Below, piece after piece: positions 1 through 7,610 of a stretch of 39,120 nucleotides of DNA. The position numbers and the translations under genes were made by a program. The notes under the pieces were generated by a model. The model searched no databases. It had not been told where the DNA came from and saw only the letters and a list, made by a program, of their open reading frames with translations. The first letter of the stretch is position 1, and each line of letters starts with the position of its first letter. The stretch covers positions 1-39,120 of the forward strand of contig JAGGVZ010000046.1 of assembly GCA_021157735.1 (NCBI GenBank), written 5' to 3'. Source of the DNA: a bacterium. Its GTDB lineage: Bacteria > Patescibacteriota > Microgenomatia > UBA12405 > BS750m-G30.

Positions 1-2
1 AA

Positions 3-281
3 TACCATCTTGACTGGCGTTTGCTTCCAGCCATAGCAGGATTAGAATCTGCTTTTGGGAAAAAGCTAGTTCCTAATTCGTTTAACCCTTTTGGTTGGGG
101 AGGAGGCTATTATTACTTTTCTGGTTGAGCAGAGGCAATTGAAACAGTAGGTCGGTCCCTTTCTGAAAATTACTATCGGCGGGGATTGGATACCCCGGAG
201 AAAATTGGTCCAGTATATGCTCCTCCTAATCCTCGCTGGGGAATTTTAGTAAGAGCGTTGATGGAGAGAATTTCTCCTTAA
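3..281 (+). pseudogene. 5'-truncated glucosaminidase/lysozyme-like cell-wall hydrolase with an in-frame TGA at 126-128
   Basis: Manual translation from position 3: YHLDWRLLPAIAGLESAFGKKLVPNSFNPFGWGGGYYYFSG*AEAIETVGRSLSENYYRRGLDTPEKIGPVYAPPNPRWG...ISP(TAA 279-281). The AIA..ES..G, NPFGWG and F.(S/G)W.EAI pattern resembles glucosaminidase-like proteins, and the TGA sits where W is expected. Confidence 0.6.
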
Positions 282-341
282 TCTGCCTTTCTTTTGGAGG
301 AGCTTTATTTTTTCCCCTTGTTTGATAAAATAAAGAAGTTA

Positions 342-414
342 GCGCCCGTAGCTCAACTGGCAGAGCACCCGCCTCTTAAGCGGATGGTTGGGGGTTCGAG
401 TCCCTCCGGGCGCA
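342..414 (+). tRNA. tRNA-Lys(CTT)
   Basis: Cloverleaf: acceptor GCGCCCG/CGGGCGC, anticodon loop CT-CTT-AA, T loop TTCGAGT. No encoded CCA. Confidence 0.95.
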
Positions 415-553
415 CAAAGTAAGTCCCGGAGGGCGAGAACCCCGAGGATCCAAGCTTGGAGAGGGTGTTTCCCTTGGGGAAAGGTTTTTGAGCTGATAAG
501 AAAGGGTTCTGAGAGGAAGACCATACCGCGGTGAGAGTCCCTCCGGGCGCACA
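398..553. repeat. tRNA-Lys 3'-end direct repeat (19 bp) enclosing a structured 118-bp element
   Basis: GAGTCCCTCCGGGCGCACA occurs at 398-416 and 535-553. An inverted partial copy CCCGGAGGG-CGA-GAACCC lies at 425-442. Confidence 0.85.
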
Positions 554-567
554 GATTACATTGGGTA

Positions 568-652
568 GCCGTGGTGGCGGAATTGGCAGACGCGCAGGAT
601 TTAGGATCCTGTGCCCGACAAGGGCATGTGGGTTCGACTCCCACCCACGGCA
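568..652 (+). tRNA. tRNA-Leu(TAG)
   Basis: Acceptor GCCGTGG/CCACGGC, anticodon arm CAGGA-TTTAGGA-TCCTG, long variable arm, GGTTCGACTCC. Confidence 0.95.
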
Positions 653-2095
653 CTATTTTGTAATATCTTTCCCAAAATCAAAGCTTTTCCAAAGAGAAAC
701 AAAAAACTTCTTTAGTCTTTGAAAAAAGTTTGTTTTGGGACGATAAAGGACAAAGTCAGATGAAGTAATGATTGGCTTTAGAGTGATAGCCTCAAGATTT
801 TTCCATTCAAGGGTAACTGTTTGTTGAGAAGGGGTAAGGATTTTAAAGGAAAAGCGAAACTTTCCCTTGTCTCCTGGTTCTACTTTATTGGAAGAGAAAA
901 GACAAAGGGGAGTAATTTTAACCTCTTTGGTTTCTTCTGGAAGCCAGCAAAATTCTCCTTTTTCTCCCCAAATTTGTTGACCAGTATTTTTAATTTCTAA
1001 AATTGCTGTGTAGGGAGAGTTGGGGACGATAAAAAGAGGAAGGTTAATTTTTTCTATTTCTCCCCCATTTTCTTGTTCCGGCCACCACGATTTTTTGGGA
1101 ATTTGTTGGGTAATTTTATAAAACGAATAAGGAGTTTTTTCTGCATCAACCCAAGAAAAATTAGAGAATTTTCCGTGAGGAAAGTAAAGAATAAAAGGAG
1201 TAAATGAGTAAATTTTTTTATCAGTATTCCAGATATTGAATGCTTGTTCAAAAAAATTGTTCAGCCGTTGGGCAGGATAAAAAGAACGCTGTTCCTTTTC
1301 TCCTTCACGGTGGGGCCAGCCGGTCTCGGTAATAAAAACGGGAATTTCTTTTTTAAGACCGAGTCTTTTGAGAAGTTTTATCTCTTCCCGATAACCAACA
1401 ATAGTTCCCCATCCTTTATCGCTTGGTTTTCCTGCAAAACCGTGATTAGGGTAAGAATGAGAAGCTAACCCTTCTATTGATGCTAAAACCTCCGGGTTAG
1501 CGAGAGCCTGACGGTAAAATTTTTGCGGAGAAGAATATGAAGGTGGACGATGAGGAGCAACTTGATCTGCACCGGCGAAAAGAAGGAAAAAGTTTTTATC
1601 TTTTTGTTTGAAAATTTTGGAAGCAGCGAGGAAAATTTCTCCATATTCTTGAGGATTAACTTCACCTCCCCACTCTTTTCCGTGGTTAGGTTCATTGAAG
1701 ACAATAATATATTTAGTTTTAGTGGGCCAGTTGAGTTGCGAGAGAAAAGTAGCTTGCTTTTTTAAGGTGAGAAGAGACGGTTTTTCCCAGGCTCCTTTTT
1801 GGGAATTGAAGTGGGTTGCCAACCTTACCAAAGGAACAAGGTGTTTCCTTCGGCATTGATTAAAAAATGTTTGCCATTGTTGATAATTAAGTTGGTCGTC
1901 TCTGATGACTATTGTAACCCACCCCCAATCTCCTCCTTGAGAGTTGACTAATTCAGCTGCCATAGAAACTTGTGAGGTATCCCCAAGGTGAATACCAAAC
2001 TTGTTAATTTCCTGGGGAGAAAAAGCCTTAACCGGAGAAACACCTAGAGATGCTAAAATTATAAAATTCAAAAGTAATTTTTTTATTTTGGTCAT
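653..2095 (-). CDS. Secreted glycoside hydrolase (clan GH-A-like TIM barrel) with C-terminal Ig-like domain
   Basis: N-terminal signal peptide ending VKA; acid/base motif FNEPNH; nucleophile motif ITETGW; SHSYP motif. Confidence 0.7.
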   Translation of the reverse strand: MTKIKKLLLNFIILASLGVSPVKAFSPQEINKFGIHLGDTSQVSMAAELVNSQGGDWGWVTIVIRDDQLNYQQWQTFFNQCRRKHLVPLVRLATHFNSQKGAWEKPSLLTLKKQATFLSQLNWPTKTKYIIVFNEPNHGKEWGGEVNPQEYGEIFLAASKIFKQKDKNFFLLFAGADQVAPHRPPSYSSPQKFYRQALANPEVLASIEGLASHSYPNHGFAGKPSDKGWGTIVGYREEIKLLKRLGLKKEIPVFITETGWPHREGEKEQRSFYPAQRLNNFFEQAFNIWNTDKKIYSFTPFILYFPHGKFSNFSWVDAEKTPYSFYKITQQIPKKSWWPEQENGGEIEKINLPLFIVPNSPYTAILEIKNTGQQIWGEKGEFCWLPEETKEVKITPLCLFSSNKVEPGDKGKFRFSFKILTPSQQTVTLEWKNLEAITLKPIITSSDFVLYRPKTNFFQRLKKFFVSLWKSFDFGKDITK

Positions 2096-2120
2096 TGGCT
2101 TATATTATATCTTTTTTGTA

Positions 2121-3209
2121 ATGGCTGATAGAAATCAAATTCTGGAAAAAATTGCTGCTTTAGAAGAGGAAATCCGTTCTACTCCTTATCATAAGGGGAC
2201 AGAGCATCATATTGGGTTGTTAAGAGCCAGGATTGCTAAGCTAAGAGAGGAACTTTATCAACCAAAGAAAGGGGGAGGAAAAGCAGGATGGGGAATAAAA
2301 AAAGAGGGTGATGCTAGTTGCGTTCTTGTCGGTCCACCTTCAGCGGGGAAATCTACTCTTCTTAATGCTTTAACAGGAGCAAATTCCAAGACTGGTTCTT
2401 ATGATTTTACTACTTTAAGAATGATTCCCGGAGTGATGTTCTACCGAGGAGCGAAAATTCAGATTTTTGATTTGCCCGGATTAATAGCGGGAGCTTCCCA
2501 AGGAAAAGGAGACGGTAAACAGATTATTTCTGCTATTCGAGGGGCAGATTTAGTTATTTTAGTGGTGGATGTAACTCGTCTTCATTTATTTTCCGAAATG
2601 AAAGAAGAACTTTCTCGGGCTGGAGTGAGACTTAATCAATCCCCTCCAAAGATAAAAGTTAAAAAACTGTCTCGAGGAGGAGTGAGAATAATTAACCCTT
2701 ATCATAATTTCCCTGAAGAAACTTTAATAGAGATTGCTTGCGAGTTTGGGATTAAAAATGGAGAGATTATTTTTCAAGAAAAAATAGATTCTTTGGAGAA
2801 AGTAATTGATGTCTTGATGGGAAATAGGGCCTATTTACCCTGTTTAGAAGTAGTTACCAAGATAGATTTGCAGCCTGGTTTCAAAGGAAAAGGGGTGGTG
2901 GGGGTAAGTGCTTTGAAAGATATAGGCTTGGAGAAGTTAAAAGAAGCGATTTGGGAAAAAGTAGGACTGATTAGAGTTTATTTAAAAAAAGACAAAAAAA
3001 GTCGTCCTGATTTTTCTCAACCTTTAATTTTAAAGAAGGGAGTCCAGGCGATTGAGGCGGCGGAGGCAATTTCTTCCCAATTGCGAGAGGAAACGAAAAG
3101 GATTTTTATTTGGGGACCGGGAGCAAAATTTCCGGGACAGGAAATTCCCTTTTCCCATCCTTTAAGAGACGGAAGCATTCTTTTCTTTGAAAAGAGAGTT
3201 AGAGATTGA
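2121..3209 (+). CDS. DRG-type OBG-family GTPase with TGS domain
   Basis: ATG at 2121. N-terminal LEEEIRSTPYHKGTEHHIGLLRARIAKLREEL (DRG signature); GPPSAGKS, YDFTTL, DLPG, TKID; C-terminal IWGPGAKFPGQ..HPLRDG. Confidence 0.88.
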   Translation: MADRNQILEKIAALEEEIRSTPYHKGTEHHIGLLRARIAKLREELYQPKKGGGKAGWGIKKEGDASCVLVGPPSAGKSTLLNALTGANSKTGSYDFTTLRMIPGVMFYRGAKIQIFDLPGLIAGASQGKGDGKQIISAIRGADLVILVVDVTRLHLFSEMKEELSRAGVRLNQSPPKIKVKKLSRGGVRIINPYHNFPEETLIEIACEFGIKNGEIIFQEKIDSLEKVIDVLMGNRAYLPCLEVVTKIDLQPGFKGKGVVGVSALKDIGLEKLKEAIWEKVGLIRVYLKKDKKSRPDFSQPLILKKGVQAIEAAEAISSQLREETKRIFIWGPGAKFPGQEIPFSHPLRDGSILFFEKRVRD

Positions 3210-4467
3210 GAAGCCGGGAAGTTATTTTAACGGAGACAATTTTTCCCTGAAGGTTTTGGGAAGAGGGATAGGTTATTCCGATATAATTATCTGTTAAGCC
3301 GTACCATTTCTGAGGAGCAACTTGTTCCAAAAAAAGTACAGGAAAAGTCTTTCCTATTAACTTTTCTTTAAAGGCTTTTTCTTTCTCTTTTCCTATTTTT
3401 CTAATTAAAGCAGCTCTTCTTATTTTTTCTTCTTTGGAGACTCTTCCCCACTCTTTTTCCATTTTTGCCGCCGCTGTTCCCGGTCGAGGGTTATAACGAA
3501 AAACATGGAGGCGGGAAAAAGGTAATTGCTGGATAATTTTTACTGTTTCTTTGAACTCTTTTTCCGTTTCTCCGGGAAAACCAACAATAATGTCGGTGCC
3601 TAATCCTAGAAAGGGGTTATCTTGGGTTAATTTATCGACAACTTTGAGGTATTGAGACAGGTGGTAGGGGCGATTCATCTTTTTAAGAATTTTTTCCGAG
3701 CCGGATTGGAGGGGGAGGTGAAGATAGCGGGAAAATCGCGGAGAGTTGGTTTGCCATCGCTTTTTAAGAAAGTTTATTAAAGAGGGAGAAATCCCTTCTG
3801 GGTTTAGGGAACCAAAACTAATCCGAGGCAAAGAGGTTTCTTTTTCTATCTTTCTTAGAAGAGTTAAAAGAGAAAAGCTCTTCCCCCGGTAGAAGGAGAG
3901 GTTGGTTCCGGTAAGGACTACTTCTTGAAAGCCCTTTTTTTCTGCCTGTTTTATTAAATAGATTGCTTTAGCGGGAGGAAGAGAAATTAGCGAAGAACGG
4001 AGGAAAGGGACGATACAATAAGTGCAAAACTGGCGGCAGCCACTTTGGATCCGGAGAAGAAAGCGGTGGGAGCGAGGAAAGGGATGATTGATTTGAAAAG
4101 AAAAAGGACAGTTAATTTTTTGAAGAATTTTTTCTTTTTCTGGATTATCAAAAGTAAAGGAGGCAAAAGAAAACGCCTGAGGAGAAAAACTTACCCCGCA
4201 GCCAATGGGAATAATTTTTGCCTGAGGATAGCGTTTTTTTAACAGTTTTGCCGTTCTTTTTGACTCAGCAAATCCTTTTTGGGTGACAGCGCAAGTGTTA
4301 ATGATTATCAGATAGGGAGAAACAGAATCACTTTTCCAACCTTGTTTTTCTAGCCAACCAGCGATAGCAAGAACTTCGGCCTGATTGGTGCGACAGCCTA
4401 AGCTTTTAACCAAAAAAGTTTTTCTGGGAGCATGGTCAATTATTTCTTTAAATTTTGAGATACTCAT
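3199..4467 (-). CDS. mtaB: Radical SAM tRNA methylthiotransferase, MtaB/MiaB family (MtaB-like)
   Basis: LGCRTNQAE, NTCAVT, GC, CRQFCTYC (CxxxCxxC), HLPLQSGS, DIIVGFPGET, and a C-terminal GLTDNYI TRAM-like region. Confidence 0.75.
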   Translation of the reverse strand: MSISKFKEIIDHAPRKTFLVKSLGCRTNQAEVLAIAGWLEKQGWKSDSVSPYLIIINTCAVTQKGFAESKRTAKLLKKRYPQAKIIPIGCGVSFSPQAFSFASFTFDNPEKEKILQKINCPFSFQINHPFPRSHRFLLRIQSGCRQFCTYCIVPFLRSSLISLPPAKAIYLIKQAEKKGFQEVVLTGTNLSFYRGKSFSLLTLLRKIEKETSLPRISFGSLNPEGISPSLINFLKKRWQTNSPRFSRYLHLPLQSGSEKILKKMNRPYHLSQYLKVVDKLTQDNPFLGLGTDIIVGFPGETEKEFKETVKIIQQLPFSRLHVFRYNPRPGTAAAKMEKEWGRVSKEEKIRRAALIRKIGKEKEKAFKEKLIGKTFPVLFLEQVAPQKWYGLTDNYIGITYPSSQNLQGKIVSVKITSRLLNL

Positions 4468-5614
4468 GCCTTAACTCCTCCAAACAGTTTTCTTTAATTG
4501 CTTGTCTTATTTGTTTCATCAGCTGGGTAAAGAAATAGAGATTGTGAATAGTAAGAAGGCGATAGCCTAAAAGCTCTTTGCTTTTGAAGAGATGATGGAG
4601 ATAAGCACGGGAGAAGTGACGGCAAGTGTAACAACGGCAGTCTTTTTGTAAAGGAGAAAAGTCAGTTTTATATCTTTTTTTGGTGATATCCAAAGGCTTA
4701 GCAACCTTTTTGGCTAGAAACTTTCCCATCCTAGCTAGTCGTGTGGGGATAACACAATCAAAAGTGTCAATTCCTCTTTCTACAAAATCAAAGATATCGT
4801 CTATTTGCCCTACTCCTAAAAGGTGTCTTGGTTTTGAGGAAGGAAGGTGAGGAATTATCCAATCCACCACTTGGCGCATCTTTTCTTTCGGCTCACCTAC
4901 AGAGACACCGCCGATGGCAATTCCATCAAAATCCAAAGAAGCAATAAATTTGGCTGATTGTTCTCTGAGATTTTTAAAGTAGCTTCCTTGGACTACTCCA
5001 TAGAGGAACTGGGGTGTTTTTTGTTGTTGGTTAAGCTTTTGATGGGTTCGAAGGGAAATTTCTGCCCAGCGGTGGGTTCTTTCAAGAGAGAGGCGGGCTT
5101 TTTCTTTGGAGATTGGATAAGGGAGGCAGTCGTCAAAAGCAATAATTAAATCTGCTCCTAGTTGATGTTGAATGGTAATAGACTCTTGGGGGCCAAGGAA
5201 GATTTCTTTTCCATCTATCGGAGATCGGAATAGAACACCGTTATCTTGGATTTTAACCAGTTTTCCTCCAAAAAGTTCATCCTGATTTTTGGGGCGAAAA
5301 TGGGGTTGCCCAAGGCTAAAGACTTGAAAACCACCCGAGTCGGTAATAATGGGCCCTTTCCAACCACAAAATTGATGTAATCCTCCGGCTTTTTGAATTA
5401 CTTCTGGTCCCGGGCGAAGGAGCAAATGATAAGTATTGGCAAAGAATATTTGTACTTCCAATTGAGAGAGTTCCTCGGGCGAGAGGCTTTTAACTGAAGC
5501 ATTAGTCCCCACGGGAATAAAAGCAGGAGTTTCTATTTCCCCATGAGGAGTTTTAATAATCCCTAACCTTGCTTTGGTTTTTTTACTTTGGTAAATTTTC
5601 TGAAAAAGAGACAT
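4448..5614 (-). CDS. tgt: tRNA-guanine transglycosylase
   Basis: ETPAFIPVGT, NTYHL, TDSGGFQVFSL, GVVQG, GGVSVGE, DCVIPTR and zinc ligands CRCYTC...HN. Confidence 0.95.
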   Translation of the reverse strand: MSLFQKIYQSKKTKARLGIIKTPHGEIETPAFIPVGTNASVKSLSPEELSQLEVQIFFANTYHLLLRPGPEVIQKAGGLHQFCGWKGPIITDSGGFQVFSLGQPHFRPKNQDELFGGKLVKIQDNGVLFRSPIDGKEIFLGPQESITIQHQLGADLIIAFDDCLPYPISKEKARLSLERTHRWAEISLRTHQKLNQQQKTPQFLYGVVQGSYFKNLREQSAKFIASLDFDGIAIGGVSVGEPKEKMRQVVDWIIPHLPSSKPRHLLGVGQIDDIFDFVERGIDTFDCVIPTRLARMGKFLAKKVAKPLDITKKRYKTDFSPLQKDCRCYTCRHFSRAYLHHLFKSKELLGYRLLTIHNLYFFTQLMKQIRQAIKENCLEELRHEYLKI

Positions 5615-5645
5615 TTTTCTGGGAATATGATATCATTTCTTAAAA

Positions 5646-5733
5646 GGAGGAGTCGCCTAGCGGCCGATGGCACCGGTTTGCTAAACCGGGTCCCCTAAAA
5701 AGGGACACGCGGGTTCGAATCCCGCCTCCTCCG
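5646..5733 (+). tRNA. tRNA-Ser(GCT)
   Basis: Acceptor GGAGGAG/CTCCTCC, anticodon arm CCGGT-TTGCTAA-ACCGG, long variable arm, G discriminator. Confidence 0.95.
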
Positions 5734-5741
5734 CTATTTTA

Positions 5742-6269
5742 ATGGATATTTTTCTTTCCCCACCAGTAGCTTTTCTCCTAATTATTTTTTTAGGAGCAGT
5801 TATTTTTTATCTTGTTTACGTGTTTTTTATCCATGAAGGCCCTGTTTATCTTCCTTCTTCGTTTTCTGTGGCCGAGAAAATGATGGAACTGGCAGGAGTG
5901 AAAAAGGGAATGACGGTATTAGACTTGGGTTCTGGGGACGGAAGGATTCTGTTTGCTGCCGCTAAAAGAGGGGCACGGGCAATAGGATACGAAATCGACC
6001 CTTTTTTAGTCTTGGAGACTAGAAAGAAAGTAAAAAAAATGGGATTGCAAAAATTGGTAAGAGTCCATTGCCAGAGTTTTTGGAAGGCCGATTTTAATCA
6101 GGCCGACGTTATTGCTGTTTATCTTTTACCTAAGTATATGGAAAAACTGGAGAAACTTCTTAAAAAGAGGCTAAAGAAAAAGATTTTGGTAGTTTCTAAT
6201 TTTTATCGTTTTCCCCATCAGTCTCCGCTTCTTCAAAAAGGGCGGGTGATTCTTTACGAATTTCCTTAG
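5742..6269 (+). CDS. Membrane-anchored class I SAM-dependent methyltransferase
   Basis: N-terminal TM helix, PVYLPS, VLDLGSGDGR, GYEIDP, ADVIAVYL. Confidence 0.85.
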   Translation: MDIFLSPPVAFLLIIFLGAVIFYLVYVFFIHEGPVYLPSSFSVAEKMMELAGVKKGMTVLDLGSGDGRILFAAAKRGARAIGYEIDPFLVLETRKKVKKMGLQKLVRVHCQSFWKADFNQADVIAVYLLPKYMEKLEKLLKKRLKKKILVVSNFYRFPHQSPLLQKGRVILYEFP

Positions 6270-6343
6270 TGTCCCTGGGGAGAGTCGAACTCCCGACCTT
6301 CCGCTTAGAAGGCGGACGCTCTATCCATCTGAGCTACAGGGAC
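6270..6343 (-). tRNA. tRNA-Arg(TCT)
   Basis: Reverse complement GTCCCTG...TCCGC-CTTCTAA-GCGGA...GTTCGAC...CAGGGACA. Confidence 0.95.
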
Positions 6344-6348
6344 TGGTG

Positions 6349-6422
6349 TCGGAGCGGCGGGACTTGAACCCGCGACCTCAGCGTCCCAAACGCTGCGCGC
6401 TCGCCAACTGCGCCACGCTCCG
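6349..6422 (-). tRNA. tRNA-Pro(TGG)
   Basis: Reverse complement CGGAGCG...CAGCG-TTTGGGA-CGCTG...GTTCAAG...CGCTCCGA. Confidence 0.95.
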
Positions 6423-6429
6423 GATTTTG

Positions 6430-6514
6430 TGCCGCGGGAGGGATTCGAACCCTCACGCCCTTGTGGGGCACAAGATTTTAAGTCTTGCCTGTCTGCCAAT
6501 TCCAGCACCGCGGC
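6430..6514 (-). tRNA. tRNA-Leu(TAA)
   Basis: Reverse complement GCCGCGG...CAAGA-CTTAAAA-TCTTG, long variable arm. Confidence 0.95.
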
Positions 6515-6883
6515 TTATTTTTGATTTTCTAGCTTTTCCTCAATTTCTGCTAAGACCTTTAAAATCTGCTGTTGATAGTGTTGATTTTTCTCTTCCAAAT
6601 CAAGAATTTTATCGACAATATCCTTTTCTCGTTTTTGGGCAGCTGCTTCTCGCCGATCTCGAGCAATTTCCGCTTTGTTAGAGGCAATCAAAAGAAAAAT
6701 ACCAATAAAGATTGCCTCTAAAGAAACAGCGAGAGTGAGGATATTAATATCAAATTTGTAAATGAGCCAAAAAGCAAACCAGGCAGCGTGGAGAATGACT
6801 CCTAGCCAGCTGCCAGCAATTTTGCTCACAAACGCGAGCGTAATTTTCTCTAATTTTTCTAAAGGCTTTTCTTTCTCTTCCAC
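6515..6883 (-). CDS. DUF1003-like small membrane protein
   Basis: Two TM segments, GSW..VILHAAWFAFW, LTLAVSLEAIFIGIFLLIASN, C-terminal coiled coil. GTG start. Confidence 0.75.
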   Translation of the reverse strand: MEEKEKPLEKLEKITLAFVSKIAGSWLGVILHAAWFAFWLIYKFDINILTLAVSLEAIFIGIFLLIASNKAEIARDRREAAAQKREKDIVDKILDLEEKNQHYQQQILKVLAEIEEKLENQK

Positions 6884-6887
6884 GCGG

Positions 6888-6958
6888 TTCGGGGACGTGG
6901 ATTCGAACCACGATTCGCAGCTCCAAAGGCTGCTGTCCTACCGTTAGACGATCCCCGA
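6888..6958 (-). tRNA. tRNA-Gln(TTG)
   Basis: Reverse complement TCGGGGA...GCAGC-CTTTGGA-GCTGC...CGTGG-TTCGAAT-CCACG-TCCCCGA. Confidence 0.93.
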
Positions 6959-6965
6959 ATGTAGG

Positions 6966-7038
6966 AGCGGCGGAGGGGATTTGAACCCCCGACCTTCTCC
7001 TTGGCAAGGAGACGTTCTGCCAGCTGAACTACCGCCGC
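6966..7038 (-). tRNA. tRNA-Gly(GCC)
   Basis: Reverse complement GCGGCGG...TCTCC-TTGCCAA-GGAGA...CCGCCGCT. Confidence 0.95.
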
Positions 7039-7053
7039 TGGTAATGAGCTAGG

Positions 7054-7126
7054 AGCGGGAGACGGGATTCGAACCCGCGACCTTCTCCTTGGAAGGGAGA
7101 TGCTCTACCAACTGAGCTACTCCCGC
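7054..7126 (-). tRNA. tRNA-Gly(TCC)
   Basis: Reverse complement GCGGGAG...TCTCC-CTTCCAA-GGAGA...CTCCCGCT. Confidence 0.95.
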
Positions 7127-7135
7127 GCAACTGGG

Positions 7136-7208
7136 TGCCGAGGGTCGGAGTCGAACCGACATCCCGGGTTTTTCAGACCCGTGCCGTGACCGGCTTGGCT
7201 ACCTCGGC
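7136..7208 (-). tRNA. tRNA-Phe(GAA)
   Basis: Reverse complement GCCGAGG...CGGGT-CTGAAAA-ACCCG...CCTCGGCA. Confidence 0.93.
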
Positions 7209-7283
7209 AAAATGCCTATTTATAGGAAAAATTTTAACGTATATTTTTTAAATTATACAATATTTGCTCTGTTTTTAAAAGGG

Positions 7284-7368
7284 TGCCGAGGGGGGGATTT
7301 GAACCCCCACGCCCTATACGGACACAGCCTCCTCAAGGCTGCCTGTCTGCCAATTCCAGCACCTCGGC
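7284..7368 (-). tRNA. tRNA-Leu(GAG)
   Basis: Reverse complement GCCGAGG...CAGCC-TTGAGGA-GGCTG, long variable arm. Confidence 0.95.
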
Positions 7369-7414
7369 TCACGATAAATATAATATCAAAATCCTCTTTC
7401 TTTAGCTACTTCAG

Positions 7415-7488
7415 TGGCCGCTAGAGGACTCGAACCTCTGACCTTCCGGATGTAAACCGGACGCTCTAACCAACTGAGCTAAGCGGCC
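7415..7488 (-). tRNA. tRNA-Val(TAC)
   Basis: Reverse complement GGCCGCT...TCCGG-TTTACAT-CCGGA...AGCGGCCA. Confidence 0.95.
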
Positions 7489-7492
7489 TCAG

Positions 7493-7577
7493 TGCCAGAG
7501 GGGGGATTTGAACCCCCACCCCCAAAATGGGGACACGCTCCTGAAGCGTGCCTGTCTGCCAATTCCAGCACTCTGGC
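7493..7577 (-). tRNA. tRNA-Leu(CAG)
   Basis: Reverse complement GCCAGAG...CACGC-TTCAGGA-GCGTG, long variable arm. Confidence 0.95.
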
Positions 7578-7610
7578 TTTGAGGCGTATTTCAATTTTAA
7601 CAAAGAGAGT

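Noticed and set aside
417-553. SRP RNA, 6S RNA or tRNA intron
   Set aside because: It lacks a recognisable SRP domain IV motif, is short for 6S, and the upstream tRNA-Lys is already complete without splicing.
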